Origin: Monocercomonoides exilis PA203 | Lineage: Eukaryota > Protista > Preaxostyla | Reading direction: 5' to 3' | Length of the DNA: 64,000 nucleotides | Assembly: GCA_001643675.2 (NCBI GenBank) | Contig: LSRY02000011.1 | Location: 744,001-808,000 of the forward strand | In this document: positions 41,301 to 52,605 of the stretch, piece by piece | How the letters are laid out: every line of letters begins with the position of its first letter | How positions within the stretch are numbered: position 1 is the stretch's first letter | Notes under the pieces: generated by a model | Told to the model about the DNA's origin: nothing | The model's input: the letters and a program-made list of their open reading frames with translations, nothing else | Databases searched by the model: none | Program-made: the position numbers and the translations under genes

Positions 41301-44300
41301 AGGCAGGGTGGGCAGAGGAAGAAGGAGAGACAGGAGAAGAAGAGAAAAGAAGGGTGCAGCCGGAGAAGAGATGGTTGTCTGTGTGTTGTTTGGATGGGGA
41401 ATATGGTGATTGAGATTGAGACTGAGGTACAGTTGCTGACGCAGAAGAAGAAGATGATGATGATGATGATGATGATGATGAAGATGTTAACAGCTGAGGA
41501 GCTGAAAGAGAAGTAGTAGAAGAAGACATCAATGGGGCAAAAGTGGTGTGGATGTCAGCAAAGTTGTCACCTGTTGTTGAATTAGAGGCAGAAGACATGT
41601 TTGGCGATGTATCAGGCGTGGCGCTGGCGCTGAAGGGGATGTTTTTGAGATCGAGCGAGTTGAGCGAGAAAGGAGGGCTGGAAATAGATGAAGCAGGTGA
41701 TTTGGAGGGAAAATGGCTGGAGTTGGATTTTTCGTGCTCGTGCTTGTGTTCGTGTTCGTGTTCGTGTTCTTCTTTGTGTTCATTTTCGATGGATGGACTG
41801 GTTGTCTCGTTGACAAGTGGGATGGAATCTGATTGGTTATTGTCTAAGAATTTAGAGTATGTGAATGTGAATATATATTGGATGCATATTTATATGAAAT
41901 CATTCCATTATTTCAAAGAAAGCATCAAAAAAAAAAGACAAAAAATAAATACAAAGAAAAAAACAGTCTAATCCATTCAAACCTTCCATTCCATTCGCCT
42001 CCTTCTGTGCTGCTGCTCTTCCCTGAGCATTCTTCTCTGCTTTTTTCTTCTCTTCTTTCTCTGCCTTCAGCTTTTGCAGCTCGTTTTGCGTATCAACCGG
42101 ATAAGGCAGCGACTCCAGTGTATGCAACAACGCCAGCATTAACTCAGAATTCGCCAGCAAAATCTTCAGACCCAAAATTTGAGCAAACATTGCAGGTAAA
42201 TTCGGGAGCAACGGCGGCTCGTCAAGTATTTTCCTGTAATCTGCTGTGATTCTGTTGCAGATCGAGTCAAACGGCGCAATAATCGTCTCCCTCCGCTTCA
42301 TAATCGAGTAAAAAATTATTGGGTTCCGGAAAAACGGGGAAATAGAGCTCATGATGGCAGCAAAGTCCCTCACAGACACAGCTGCCTCGAGAGCAGTGAG
42401 CACAGCGAATGAGATGTTCTGGGCAGTCTCAGTAACCGTCGTGAAGATCTTCTTCAGCTTGTCGGGACGGAAAACAGAGTCAAAAACATCGCTGCCTTGT
42501 TTTGTACCGATGATGTGGGGCAGAAGCTTCGTGTGTGCAAAGAGAAAGGGGGTGGATGTGGGAAGAAGAGAAGAGGAGGAGGAAGAAGAAGAAGAGAAGG
42601 AAGAAGAAGAGGAGGAGGAGGAAGAAGAAGCCGATGGACCAATAGTTGAGCGATAAGCAGAAGTAGCAACAGATGAAGACGACGAAAGAGAATAAAGTGA
42701 ATACAAATCAGATCTGAACGGGTCAACCGTCTTTCTCGCAATATGCAGTCGAAATCTTGAGTTCGAATTGCCCAGCGACTGATCCTGTGTCATAGAGCTG
42801 CTTGAAAGAGGAGAATGTTTCCGGCTCGGCGGAAGTGAGTTGCTGCCCATCGCAGCAGGCACCCCCGTCGCGAACGAGATGCCTGCGCCTTCCAAAGATG
42901 TGTTGTCTGTCGCAGAGACAGAAAGAGAACTGGAGAAAACAGAAAGTTTTCCGAAGTTATTTCCCGCAGAAGACGAGGCGCTCAGCGAGCTCAGCGAAAA
43001 AGGTGGGTCGTAGTCGCTTCCAGGTGAATTTGTGCGGAAGATGGACTGGCCAAACGCTTGTGACTGAGACAGAGCCTGATTCTGAGACTGACTCTGATTC
43101 TTTCCCTGTGATTGTGTCTGTGTGTTCAATGCATTTGTGCCTTGTTCTTTGCCCTGCATATACTCACTGCTGTTCTCCTTTGATGCGCGTGACTCGTCTC
43201 CTCCACTCCAATCAAGCAGCCCGCTCTGCTGCTGATAGCTCGAAGGCCAGGGACGCTTGCCCCGCAGCAGCTTCAACTTCCCAATCCTTCGCCCGCTTTT
43301 GCTCCTCCCTTGTAAATAGCCTCGGGTCTTGCTTTGACTTCTGCTTCCTGTCAGATTTCTTCCCTGTGATCTTCCCTGACTTCTTCCTTGGCTGCTGCTG
43401 CGACTGCGGGTGGCGCTGTTATTGCGGCTCATGCTTCTGCTCCTTCCTCTCCCCACGCTCTTGTGATGCCTTCCTCCTCTTCCCTTGCCCATCTTCCTCG
43501 CTTCAAACCCATCTTCCCCTTTTTCCTTCATCGATGCTGCTGCTGCTGCCGGCCCATTCTTCACCACTGCAAAGTATCTTCCTTCTGCTGCCTCCACCAC
43601 TGCATCCAACTCCTCCCCTTCTTCAATCGTGCGGCAGTTCACATGCAGCAGCGTCTTCGCAAACGATACAAAATGCCTCTGCGCCGACTCCACCTGCCTC
43701 GCAGCGGCTGTCCCTGCAAGCCCAGACGCCTTCATCTCTTCGCAGGCAGACAAGTCCCGCTGCATCTGCAGGACAATCTTCAGAACAGTGCATTGGGAGA
43801 TTAGGTTGTCCAGTGGGGCAACAAGCGACAGAATATCACGAGGAGGGCTGGCTTTGGCGTGGCTGTGCTGTTCAGAGAGCATTTCGGAGAGCGGCTTGCG
43901 TGGCGGAGGAGGAGGGGGTGTGGGGACGAAGGGGGGCCATTGGCAGATGAAGGGAGAGGAGGAGGAAGAAGATGAGGAGGAGGAGGAGGAGGAAGAGGTG
44001 GAAGAAGAAGAAGAAGATGATGATGATGATGAATGTTGTTCTGTTGAAGCCGGAGAAGCAGCAAATGCTGTTGGGATAGCTTTTGTTGTTGCAGTCACTG
44101 TTGATGTCGTGGTCGTTGTAGTGGTGGTGGTCGAAGAAGAAGTTGTAGTAGTCGTTGTTGTTGTTGTGGTTGTGGTGGTTGTTTCTGCAGGTGCTGCTGA
44201 ATTAATCATAGCAGAAACAGCAGAAGCATCAGCAGAAGCATTAGCAGAAGCAGCATTTGTTGCAGTTGTTATAGAAGTCATATTTGTGTTTGTGTTTGTA

Positions 44301-47141
44301 TTTATATTTGTTATCATTGTCGTTGTTTGTGGAGGCTGCTGCTGCTGTTGCTGCTGTTGCTGCTGTGTCGATTGCTGAAGTGAAGGTGATTCAGTTTCTA
44401 TTTTCTGTTGAGTGTTTGTTGGGGTTGATGAGGTGTTTGAGTGAGATGGCCCGTCTGTTGCAAGACGGGGCGATATGTCTGATGATGCATCACCAGTAAA
44501 GAGAGAAGAAGAAGAGGAAGAAGAGGAGGAAGAAGAAGAAGAGGAGGAGGAGGAGGAGGAGGGAGCAGACGATGAAGAGGAGGAAGAAGAGGAAGAAGAA
44601 TGTTGAGGAGTAGGAGAGCAAGAACGAGCAATGTGATGATGATGAGCATGATGATGGCTGGGCTGATGGCTGTGGTGTTGATGATGTTGTTGATGTTGAT
44701 GATGATTATGGCTATGGCTGTGATGTGAGTGATGTGGGTGAAGTGAGTTGTGGTGTGGGTGTTTCAGCAGCTGATCGGTTTCTAAGCCTTGTTCTTCTTC
44801 CTTCTCTGCTTCCTGTTGTTGTATTCGTGAATGATGATGATTATGATTATGATGATGTTTGCTGAGGTGGAAATGGCTGTGCACATCAAGCGATTTGTGC
44901 TGTTTTGGGCGTCTGTGAATTTCATTCAATTGATTTTCGGCTGATGTTTCTTGTGTCATTTTGTTGTCTGTTTGCTCATTTGATTGAACATTCGGTTGTT
45001 TGGTGTCTTTGAATGAAGAAGCATTATTCAACAATGCTTCGATGTGCTTGTTGTTTTGATGGGAATCCAAAGGGGCTGTTGGTTGGTCAGCTGACTGGAA
45101 AGAGGAACTTGCAAAGGCTGATGAAAGAGAGTGGTCTGCGGAAGCAGCTGTAGATGATGAAGGTGGATAAAGAGAAGGAGAAGGAGAATGTGAAGGTGAA
45201 GGAGGAGAAGAATGTGATTGTGATTGCGATTGTGATTGTGGTGATGATGCAGAAGCAGATAAAGCAGCAGCAGAAGAAGAAGAAGAAGAAGAATGTGAAG
45301 ACTTTCGTTCTGAATCTGACGATGTATCATTACTCTGATCAGAAGAAGAGCCAGAAGAAGAACCAGAAGAAGAAGAATCCGAGTCCAGTCCCTGTGACGA
45401 CCCCATCTGAGCAGCGCTGCTGTACCAGTTGTAAGTGTGCACAAGCCGAAACACAGCTGTCTTCAGATTGCGTGCTGCTTCCATTGCTCCATCGACTCTC
45501 AGTGCAATGTCTGGATCGTCCACAATAGGATACGCATATGTCGCCATTCCAAACTGCAGCCCTGGAAAATACTCCCTCGCCACACACTTCACTTCCTCGC
45601 TCTCAATTTCTCTTTCTCTCTCTCTTCCTCTCTTCCTCTCTCTTTCCTCTTCTCTCTCTTTCTTCCTCTGCCTCCTGCTGCTTCTCGAGCGGTGCCTTTC
45701 TCGCACTCTGCTTCCGCCTTGTCTGAACGCTCTTCGGTTCGCTTTTTCGATCTCTTTGTCTCTCTTTCTGGGCCCTTCTTCTGCGCTGCTGGTGTCTTCC
45801 TCATCGCCAATCGCCTGGAGCGGATGGAGCGTAGTCACCACAAGCTGTGTATTGTCTGCGTATTCTGAATTAATTGCGTTTTTGCCGGCATCTTTCCACA
45901 GCGTCCGCTCCCATTTCCGCTGCAACGCGTTATTCCGCATCTCGTTCAAGTGCCTCAGTGCCTCTGCGGAGAGCGGGGCGTGCCCTAAAAGGATGTGCTC
46001 TTTCGCCTTCGCAATGAAATCGCCGATGAACGTCTCGAGCATTGGGTGGAGCAGCGAAGGCTCTGATAGATACTCCCCCAAAGAGAACAGAGAGCGGAGA
46101 AATAGATGGGCAGAGCTCAGAGAACGGGGAAACTCGTACGGCAGCGTGTTGATGAAAGACAGCAGAAAAGGCGAGATCAGCTTGTATGCGCTGTTGTGTG
46201 TCTTTGCAATTTCAGCTGAGCGGGCAGCCTTTCCAAACGCACACCTCATTTTATCCTTTCTTTCCTGACTTAGACAATATGAAGGAAAAGATTTGATGTT
46301 TCTCAATGTTGTTCTAAAAACTTCTGCTCTCTTCTTCCAATATAAAATAAGTGGTATTGATCCGCCAATATGGCTGAGATAATCATAAGATGGAGGATGT
46401 ATCATTTTTTTCAAAAAAAGAAGTTGTTGATCAAATCGCTTCATCGGACGAACACACGACAATATGTCGTGACGAAAAAGTACAATTGGTATATTCTAGA
46501 GATATGCATTAATAATATTCAAATAAAATAAAAAGAAAATAATTTTTTAAATATAAAACCTTTGACAATTGTTCTTCGTCTTTGAGATCAATCATTAATC
46601 TTTCCGTTTCTTGAATAAGTTTCCTATCTGCATCTTTTTGCATTTCGCTGATAATTTTTGTAGTTGAAAAATGAGTTTCTTGTTCGTCCAATTGTCGAGA
46701 AGATTCATTATCACTTAAAGAAGGAAGAGCAACGTGTTTAAGAAAATGATTCAAATATGAAATTGCAGTTTCGTGATGAAAAGAAATTTGAGTTTTCGTT
46801 TTAATGGTTTCTTTTGTCAGTGCTGTCATTTCAAGTTTCAAAAATGATAAAACAGTATCTTTTCCAGAAAAAGTTAAAATGTTCATGGCATCCAAAGGAG
46901 GACTTTCGTTTGATACAAATATTGATTTAAATGTTACTCTTCTTATAAAAAACAATGATACGCACGATGGTTCATCAATAAATAAATCAATTGGGTCACA
47001 ATTATAAATATTAGGCGTATATTCTAAATGTATATCAGAAGAAATTCCAAATATTTTTCCTACAATTACAATAATTTCTTCTCTTGCTGATCTTTGTTTT
47101 CGTTCTTCAGTAGTAATTAAAAATTGTTCAGTAAATGCCAT
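17374..47141 (-). CDS. Giant divergent dynein heavy chain-like protein (~9,854 aa); exons 47141-46560, 46495-41983, 41843-17374
   Basis: GT-AG introns at 46559-46496 (phase 0) and 41982-41844 (phase 1) fuse the 210, 1520 and 8074 aa ORFs in frame. Colinear DHC motifs: KPRFLIFTASELI (cf. FPRFYFLS), GSGGERM, RYGFEW, LGKNLYIFDC...WILFD (AAA1), GYPGLGKS (AAA2), LWLWECERVY, stalk coiled coil, MIGDTIVL, LNIFQRMLLISVLIPSR, GAWIVVE, VHKNCILWL, GEIPLGW. Confidence 0.85.
26430..26600. repeat. (GAGGAA)n-type tract encoding a ~55-residue poly-Ser run in the dynein-like gene
   Basis: Long perfect hexamer run; the longest of many poly-Ser tracts in this gene. Confidence 0.9.
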
Positions 47142-47376
47142 TTACAGAATAAGAAAATATTCAATTATAATATTATGGTAACATGAAAATTTTAAATAAT
47201 GTTATTACTGATCTGTGGAAAAAAGTTTGCATTTCTAATTATTAAAGTGTTAAGGATAATAAATTTTTATATTGCTGCTTTCAATAATAATGGCATTCGT
47301 CAATCTTGCTATTAATATTTTTAAAATGTGTTATTTTTCGAACAATTGAATAATTCTTATCTTCAATTGTTAAAGA
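47142..47376. promoter_or_regulatory. Putative bidirectional promoter
   Basis: 235-bp AT-rich spacer between divergent start codons at 47141(-) and 47377(+). Positional inference only. Confidence 0.45.
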
Positions 47377-47887
47377 ATGGTGACACGTCTCCGTCAAACA
47401 CGTAAGAAGCGTGGGCAAGTTACAATGGGTTATGGTCGTGTTGGAAAACATAGAAAGCATCCTTCAGGTCGTGGAAATGTTGGTGCTTTCTCATTCCACA
47501 GAATTTTGTTTGCAAAGTACCATCCTGATTATGTGGGGAAAGTTGGACAACGCCACTTTCATCGCCTTCCAAACAGAGAATACTGTCCAACAGTTAATGT
47601 TGACACTTTATGGTCATTAGTCTCTGAACAAAAGCGTAAGAGAATCAGAAAAGGAAAGATGCCAGTCATCGATGTTGTGCGTGCTGTATGTAACTTTTAT
47701 TGAATCCATTTCGCATTTCGTATAATTTGTGTTGTAATTTTAGGGATACTTCAAAGTTCTTGGAAAAGGACGTCTTCCAAAGATCCCAGTTTGCGTTCGT
47801 GCAAGATCGTTTTCAAAAGAGGCAGCAAGGAAGATTAGAGCAACTGGAGGATTAGTTCAAATTCTTTCTCATAAAAAGAAGCAATAA
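47377..47887 (+). CDS. RPL27A: 60S ribosomal protein L27a (uL15); exons 47377-47685 and 47744-47887; 150 aa
   Basis: [50 protein letters not shown] 58-bp GTATGT...TAG intron is followed by [27 protein letters not shown]. Confidence 0.95.
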
Positions 47888-48639
47888 AATGCTGCTTTCA
47901 TCTCACATTTTTATGAAATGCTCATTTTTTGTCAAAATAACAGTTATTAAATTCTTGTATCAAATAATGTTGCAGAAAGTTATAACTCAATGTCATTTCA
48001 AATTGTGAATTCCTAATAAAAAGTTTGAATCGGGTGATTGCATGATCATTGTTTCCTATTATATCCATTCAACAAACATTGAAGATAATGATTTGTTTAC
48101 AACAAGAATCCATGACGAAGACATATTGAAAAGTTTGGGAATTTCTGGGAGCTTAAATTTGATTTGAAAAATGAAAGAAAGTTAACGCGAACCAGGTTAT
48201 CGTTCTTATAAAACAATATGAATGGAGGTAATTTTCTTTAGGAAATGAACAATTTCAAAATCTTTGAAAATCATTCAAAAAGCAGAACTTTTCATTCCGT
48301 ACAGAATCAATGAAAAAATTCATTTATATGTTCAGAATTTTACAGAATATTCAAAAATCATTTTTCAATATTTGGATGAATATTATTGAAGTCTTTGTTA
48401 AGTTCATCAATCTGTGGTGTTGATAAAAAAATATTAAATGTAAAACATAGATAAATTTCGAATAAAGAAAAAGACTAAAGTCACAATTTTCTAAAGACAA
48501 AAAATAGAGTAGTTGATGTCTTTGAAAAAATGAAAGATATTAAACCATAATATTCCAGTAAAATATTCTTCACGAAAATAATCAAGTGATAGCAGAAGTG
48601 TTTTACTGAAATTTTTTAATAAGATAGGCATGAAAGTGG

Positions 48640-49346
48640 TTAAGCTCTTGTCATTTGGCTTAAATCGTGTGTTGCTGAATCAACGCCAGGATCTCTTCCA
48701 GCTTTTCCTCTGCCTTTTCCATCAGCATCAAATCTGTTTTTATGGGCTCCTGTGTACAGTTTTGGATCTGTTAATCTATCAAAGATGTTAGACTTTTTGG
48801 CTTTCGGTTTTGGAGCAGATCCGTCACTTTTTGGTGATGTTGGTGGTGCGTCTCCTTTTGGAGAAGTGGGTGCAGCTTCTTCCTTTCGTTCTGCAGGCTT
48901 TGCAGCAGGTTTTGCTGGTGATCGAGTTACTGGTTTTGCGGCTGGTTTGCTGGTTGTATGTGACGTTGAATGAGCAGGTGAAGTAGCGCTTCCGCTAAGT
49001 CCAGGTCGAGTCATTTGGCTTAAATCGTGTGTTGCTGAATCAACGCCAGGATCTCTTCCAGCTTTTCCACGACCTTTTCCATCAGCATCAAATCTGTTTT
49101 TGTGTGCTCCTGTGTACAACTTTCTGTCAAAATATAAATTCGTTTTAAATGAAAGAAATGTTGAATGATATTCGATTTTAGCATTTGAAAAGCAAATAGA
49201 TGCAATATTTATTGGAAAAATAGCGAAGGAAAAAAAATTCAAACGGATCAGTTAACTATTTCAATAGATTTAATAAAGCATGAATAAATTTACGGTATTA
49301 TAAAAGCAAAACAAACTCTATCGAAAATGCTTTGTTTTTTTGACAT
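48640..49346 (-). CDS. Protein with two partial p25alpha (TPPP/apicortin-type) repeats; exons 49346-49317, 49255-49245, 49123-48640; 174 aa
   Basis: Motif FDRLTDPKLYTGAHKNRFDADGKGRGKAGR occurs twice, joined by a Pro/Ala/Ser/Lys linker. The first copy is rebuilt as MSKKQSIFDR|LTDP|KLYTG using GT-AG introns of 61 and 121 bp. Confidence 0.9.
48649..49120. repeat. Internal ~110-bp direct repeat (48649-48760 vs 49009-49120)
   Basis: Near-identical DNA offset by 360 bp, encoding the two p25alpha repeats. Confidence 0.9.
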
Positions 49347-50667
49347 GATAAAACTTCCAATAGATCTTCAATCAGTACTTTTTGATCTAAAGCCCAATTT
49401 ATGGAATATGAGTTAAGAATGAATTGTCATTAATAAATAAATTTCTTTTGAAAATTTGAGAATAAAAATTTCAACTGAACGGTGCAATGAAATTTCAAAT
49501 TAAACATGTGTTACTGATTAAAAAATTTTTGCCACGTCCGTCAGTAATTAAAAACCCTCGTCAGTATTGGTATTTAAAAAAAATAAATTTATTTTCTCTG
49601 ATATTTGGAATTTTCGTTGCACAAATCATATTCTATTTATATATTCATTTTATTCTATTTTTCGAACTTTTCTTTTTTTCATAAATTAATTAAAAATAAC
49701 TTCCCTGCAGAATACTGACTCCATTAACAATCACTGACTTCACTGACTTCACTGAAGGTCCGATGATCAATTCATTTCAAATATGATTTTTTGTCAAAAT
49801 CCTTTTTGAGATATGCATTTTCATTCTTCGCTTATTTGAATAAATATTTAACAATATTTGCATATGCAATTATTTGTTCTAATAATTGAGGTTCTGACGT
49901 GAACATTATTACTCGGTCCGTCAGGAAACCAATTTTGTCTACCAATGGTCACAAAGTAACACATGTTTATTTCAAATATTATTTTTCCAGATATTTTTAA
50001 TTTTTCTTGAAAAATAGGTTTCTTTTTCGAATAATGGAAATACAGACTAAACCGGATATAATCACATCGAATAAAATCACATTCGTTTATAGCCACATTT
50101 TTAATTGCACCGACATTTTTTGCTTATTTTTCTTTCATTTCACATCGAATATTGTCACAGGGCTGAAAATATGGGTGATTATTTTTGAAATCATAACTTT
50201 TTTCATTCAATAATTAAGGTGCAAAAATATATATTGATTATCAATTTGAAAAAAATAAACAGTGAAAAGGCTTATTGAATACATTTTTATCATTGATTCG
50301 GTAAAAACATTTATTTTGAAAAGCAATAACCATGCTTTTTCTCTTATGAATTAAAAATTTCTTTTACAAAAATTGACAATCTTTGAAAAATCATCACACC
50401 GAAAAAAGATATGATTACAAAAATAATCACACATATTCCATTCTGTTTTAATAAAAAATTTCCATATTGGTTAGAAGTTTTCGGATTCAGAACCATTTGA
50501 AGTGAAACATTGTTCATTTGAGTATCAAATGGGAAAAATTTAAAATAAATAAACAATTTATTTCAAAAAAAAATGTTCAATATATTCCTCTGTGACTTGA
50601 CAATTAACTTGAAGCCTCGTCTGTCACAAAAAAAATTTTTTTTAAATTAAAAATAATAAAAAAAATA

Positions 50668-51025
50668 CAGATATCGCATGAAATACCGGACAAGATCGTT
50701 TTCTCAATAACTGCAACAGGAATAATATTGACAATTTTCTCCAAAATATATTTTAACAATAATAACTTATTTGTCAGATCAAACTTTCATTTTTGTGTCT
50801 ATCGAATATTAATCAAAAAATCATTTTGAAATCTTAGAGAAACTCAAAATCCTATTTCTCCGAGATTTTAATAATAACTTTCTCTGAGAACAAAAAACAT
50901 ATTTTTTAAGTCTCATTTATCAATTGAGTTGCATTGATGAGATATATTTTGAGGAAATTTGTCAGAATTATTCCTCATGCAGTTATTGAGATATTGATCT
51001 TGTCCGGTATTCTGTGCGATAACTG
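50668..51025. mobile_element. 358-bp pogo/Tc1-type MITE flanked by TA
   Basis: TA|CAGATATCGCATGAAATACCGGACAAGATC ... GATCTTGTCCGGTATTCTGTGCGATAACTG|TA. Imperfect inverted repeat extends ~100 bp. Confidence 0.85.
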
Positions 51026-51105
51026 TATTTGGATAATTGAGTAATGATAATTATTTTTTTAAATAAGAATTATTATAAGTGTTGTTCTTTTGATAAACAA
51101 AAACC

Positions 51106-52605
51106 AGCATGATCCGAAGATATCGTCATCTTCTATATTCACAAATTTGAAATTATTTTGTCTTATTAACACATTCCAACAATAAATAAAACAGTTTTAT
51201 GTGTCTAAAATGTGTTTCCAAAAAAAATAAAACCACAATATTTTTATTTTTTATTCATTTTATGGGTTTTGATAAAAGTTGATCTCATGGCGCGTGATGT
51301 CAAACTCATCAGAAAAGAAGAAATATCCGAGCTCAATCGTTTGTTTTATAGTGATGATAAGGCATGGGATTGGTTCATTGATGAAATCGTCAGTAATCGC
51401 ATTCCGATGTGCAGCAAGCATAGAGTCTTCAAACATTTACACAAAAATGGAAAATACAGATATTTTACCCGTCCGACGTGCAAGACGAAGACAAGCGTCG
51501 TTTCCGATACGAAATTCAGCAAAACAAAAATAGGATTATGTATCACTCAGCTTGTTTGCCTATATTACTGTTCGAAAATTACTTATAAATCAATTGCAAC
51601 GTTTTCTTTAATTGATGAAGACACAATTTTCTTATTGGGAATGCGTCATCAGAAAAACATGTGCTGACATATGGAATGAAAGGCAAGTATCTATTGGAGG
51701 AGAAGGCAAAATTGAAGAAATTGATGAAACAATATGGAGGAAAAGAAAAATTTTTTGTGAAAGAAAGAAGAAACAAATTTGGATTTTTGGAGGAGTGGAG
51801 ATGAAAGAGGATGGTAGAGCTGGATGAAGATTCATGGACGTGGGACCAAACAGAAAAAGAGAGACACACATTCCATTGATACAGAAGTCCATTAAGGAAG
51901 TGACAACAATTATGTCTGATGAATGGAGAGCGGACGACATTTAGGAGACTCTGGGTGACAAGCATTTGAAAGTTTGCCGCAAAAAGCAATTCTTCAATAA
52001 GGACACAGGAGTATGCATGAATACAATAGAGGGTTTGTGACATCATTAACCTTGCACTTTTCCGTCTTTTGGAACTTGCATTCGATTGATGCATGATTAT
52101 CTCTCTCTTTATCTTGTCAAATCTTCATTTAATATCACTTTTACTGAACTCGTTAAGAACATTTGCATGGAAAATGATGATGACGATGATGAAAAAGAAA
52201 TTGAGGAAAACGAAATTGAAGAAGAATAATCTGAAGAAATTGCTGATATTGACGATATTTTTGGTGAAAAAGTTGAAGGAGAGGAAACAGAGTCAGAAGG
52301 TGACAATTGAGCAGGAGATGGTGAAAGTACATCTGAATATGAACCCTAAAAATTATTATTGATGATTATTTTATATCACTTTTATCAAATACTATTTTTT
52401 TCATTCAAATTTGATGGAAAAAAATCACTTTTTTTTAAATATTATTTTTTATTATTTTTTTGATCACAAAAATTAAAATAATTTTTTTCTCCAAAACCAT
52501 GAACTTCCGACATGCGACAATAGCATAATAGTAATGTGCAATGCATTGTTGAATTACCGACAAATTTTTAAAAAGATCTGAGGATGACGATTTCATCAGA
52601 TAATA
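51106..52605 (+). mobile_element. Decayed Merlin (IS1595/ISXO2-like) transposon
   Basis: Imperfect TIRs: AGCATGATCCGAAGATATCGTCATCTTC (from 51106) vs the reverse complement of GAGGATGACGATTTCATCAGATAATA (to 52605). They enclose a Merlin transposase pseudogene. Confidence 0.7.
51287..52310 (+). pseudogene. Merlin/ISXO2-type DDE transposase pseudogene
   Basis: IGGEGKIEEIDET, QIWIFGGVE, PNRKRETHIPLIQKSI, TTIMSDEWRA, TGVCMNTIEGL. Frameshift near 51630-51660, several in-frame stops and an acidic tail. Confidence 0.88.

Noticed and set aside
17374-41598. The 8074-aa ORF as a stand-alone gene or viral polyprotein
   Set aside because: The frame is open upstream to a splice acceptor at 41844, the motifs are dynein-like, and no viral hallmark is seen.
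18021-46268. Many plus-strand poly-Glu, Lys/Arg or Val ORFs
   Set aside because: Reverse-complement readings of the dynein-like gene's Ser, Thr and His tracts.
48640-49242. ORF-track N-terminus MNFFSFAIFP...
   Set aside because: TTG start inside intron 2; the spliced model restores the conserved motif.
49500-49930. Scattered GTCAGT/ACTGAC motifs and a short CACTGACTT tandem
   Set aside because: May be a MITE remnant, but the matches are too short to define ends.
51287-52310. Stop-codon reassignment to explain in-frame stops
   Set aside because: Frameshifts accompany the stops, and intact genes here end in TAA or TGA, so decay is the simpler explanation.
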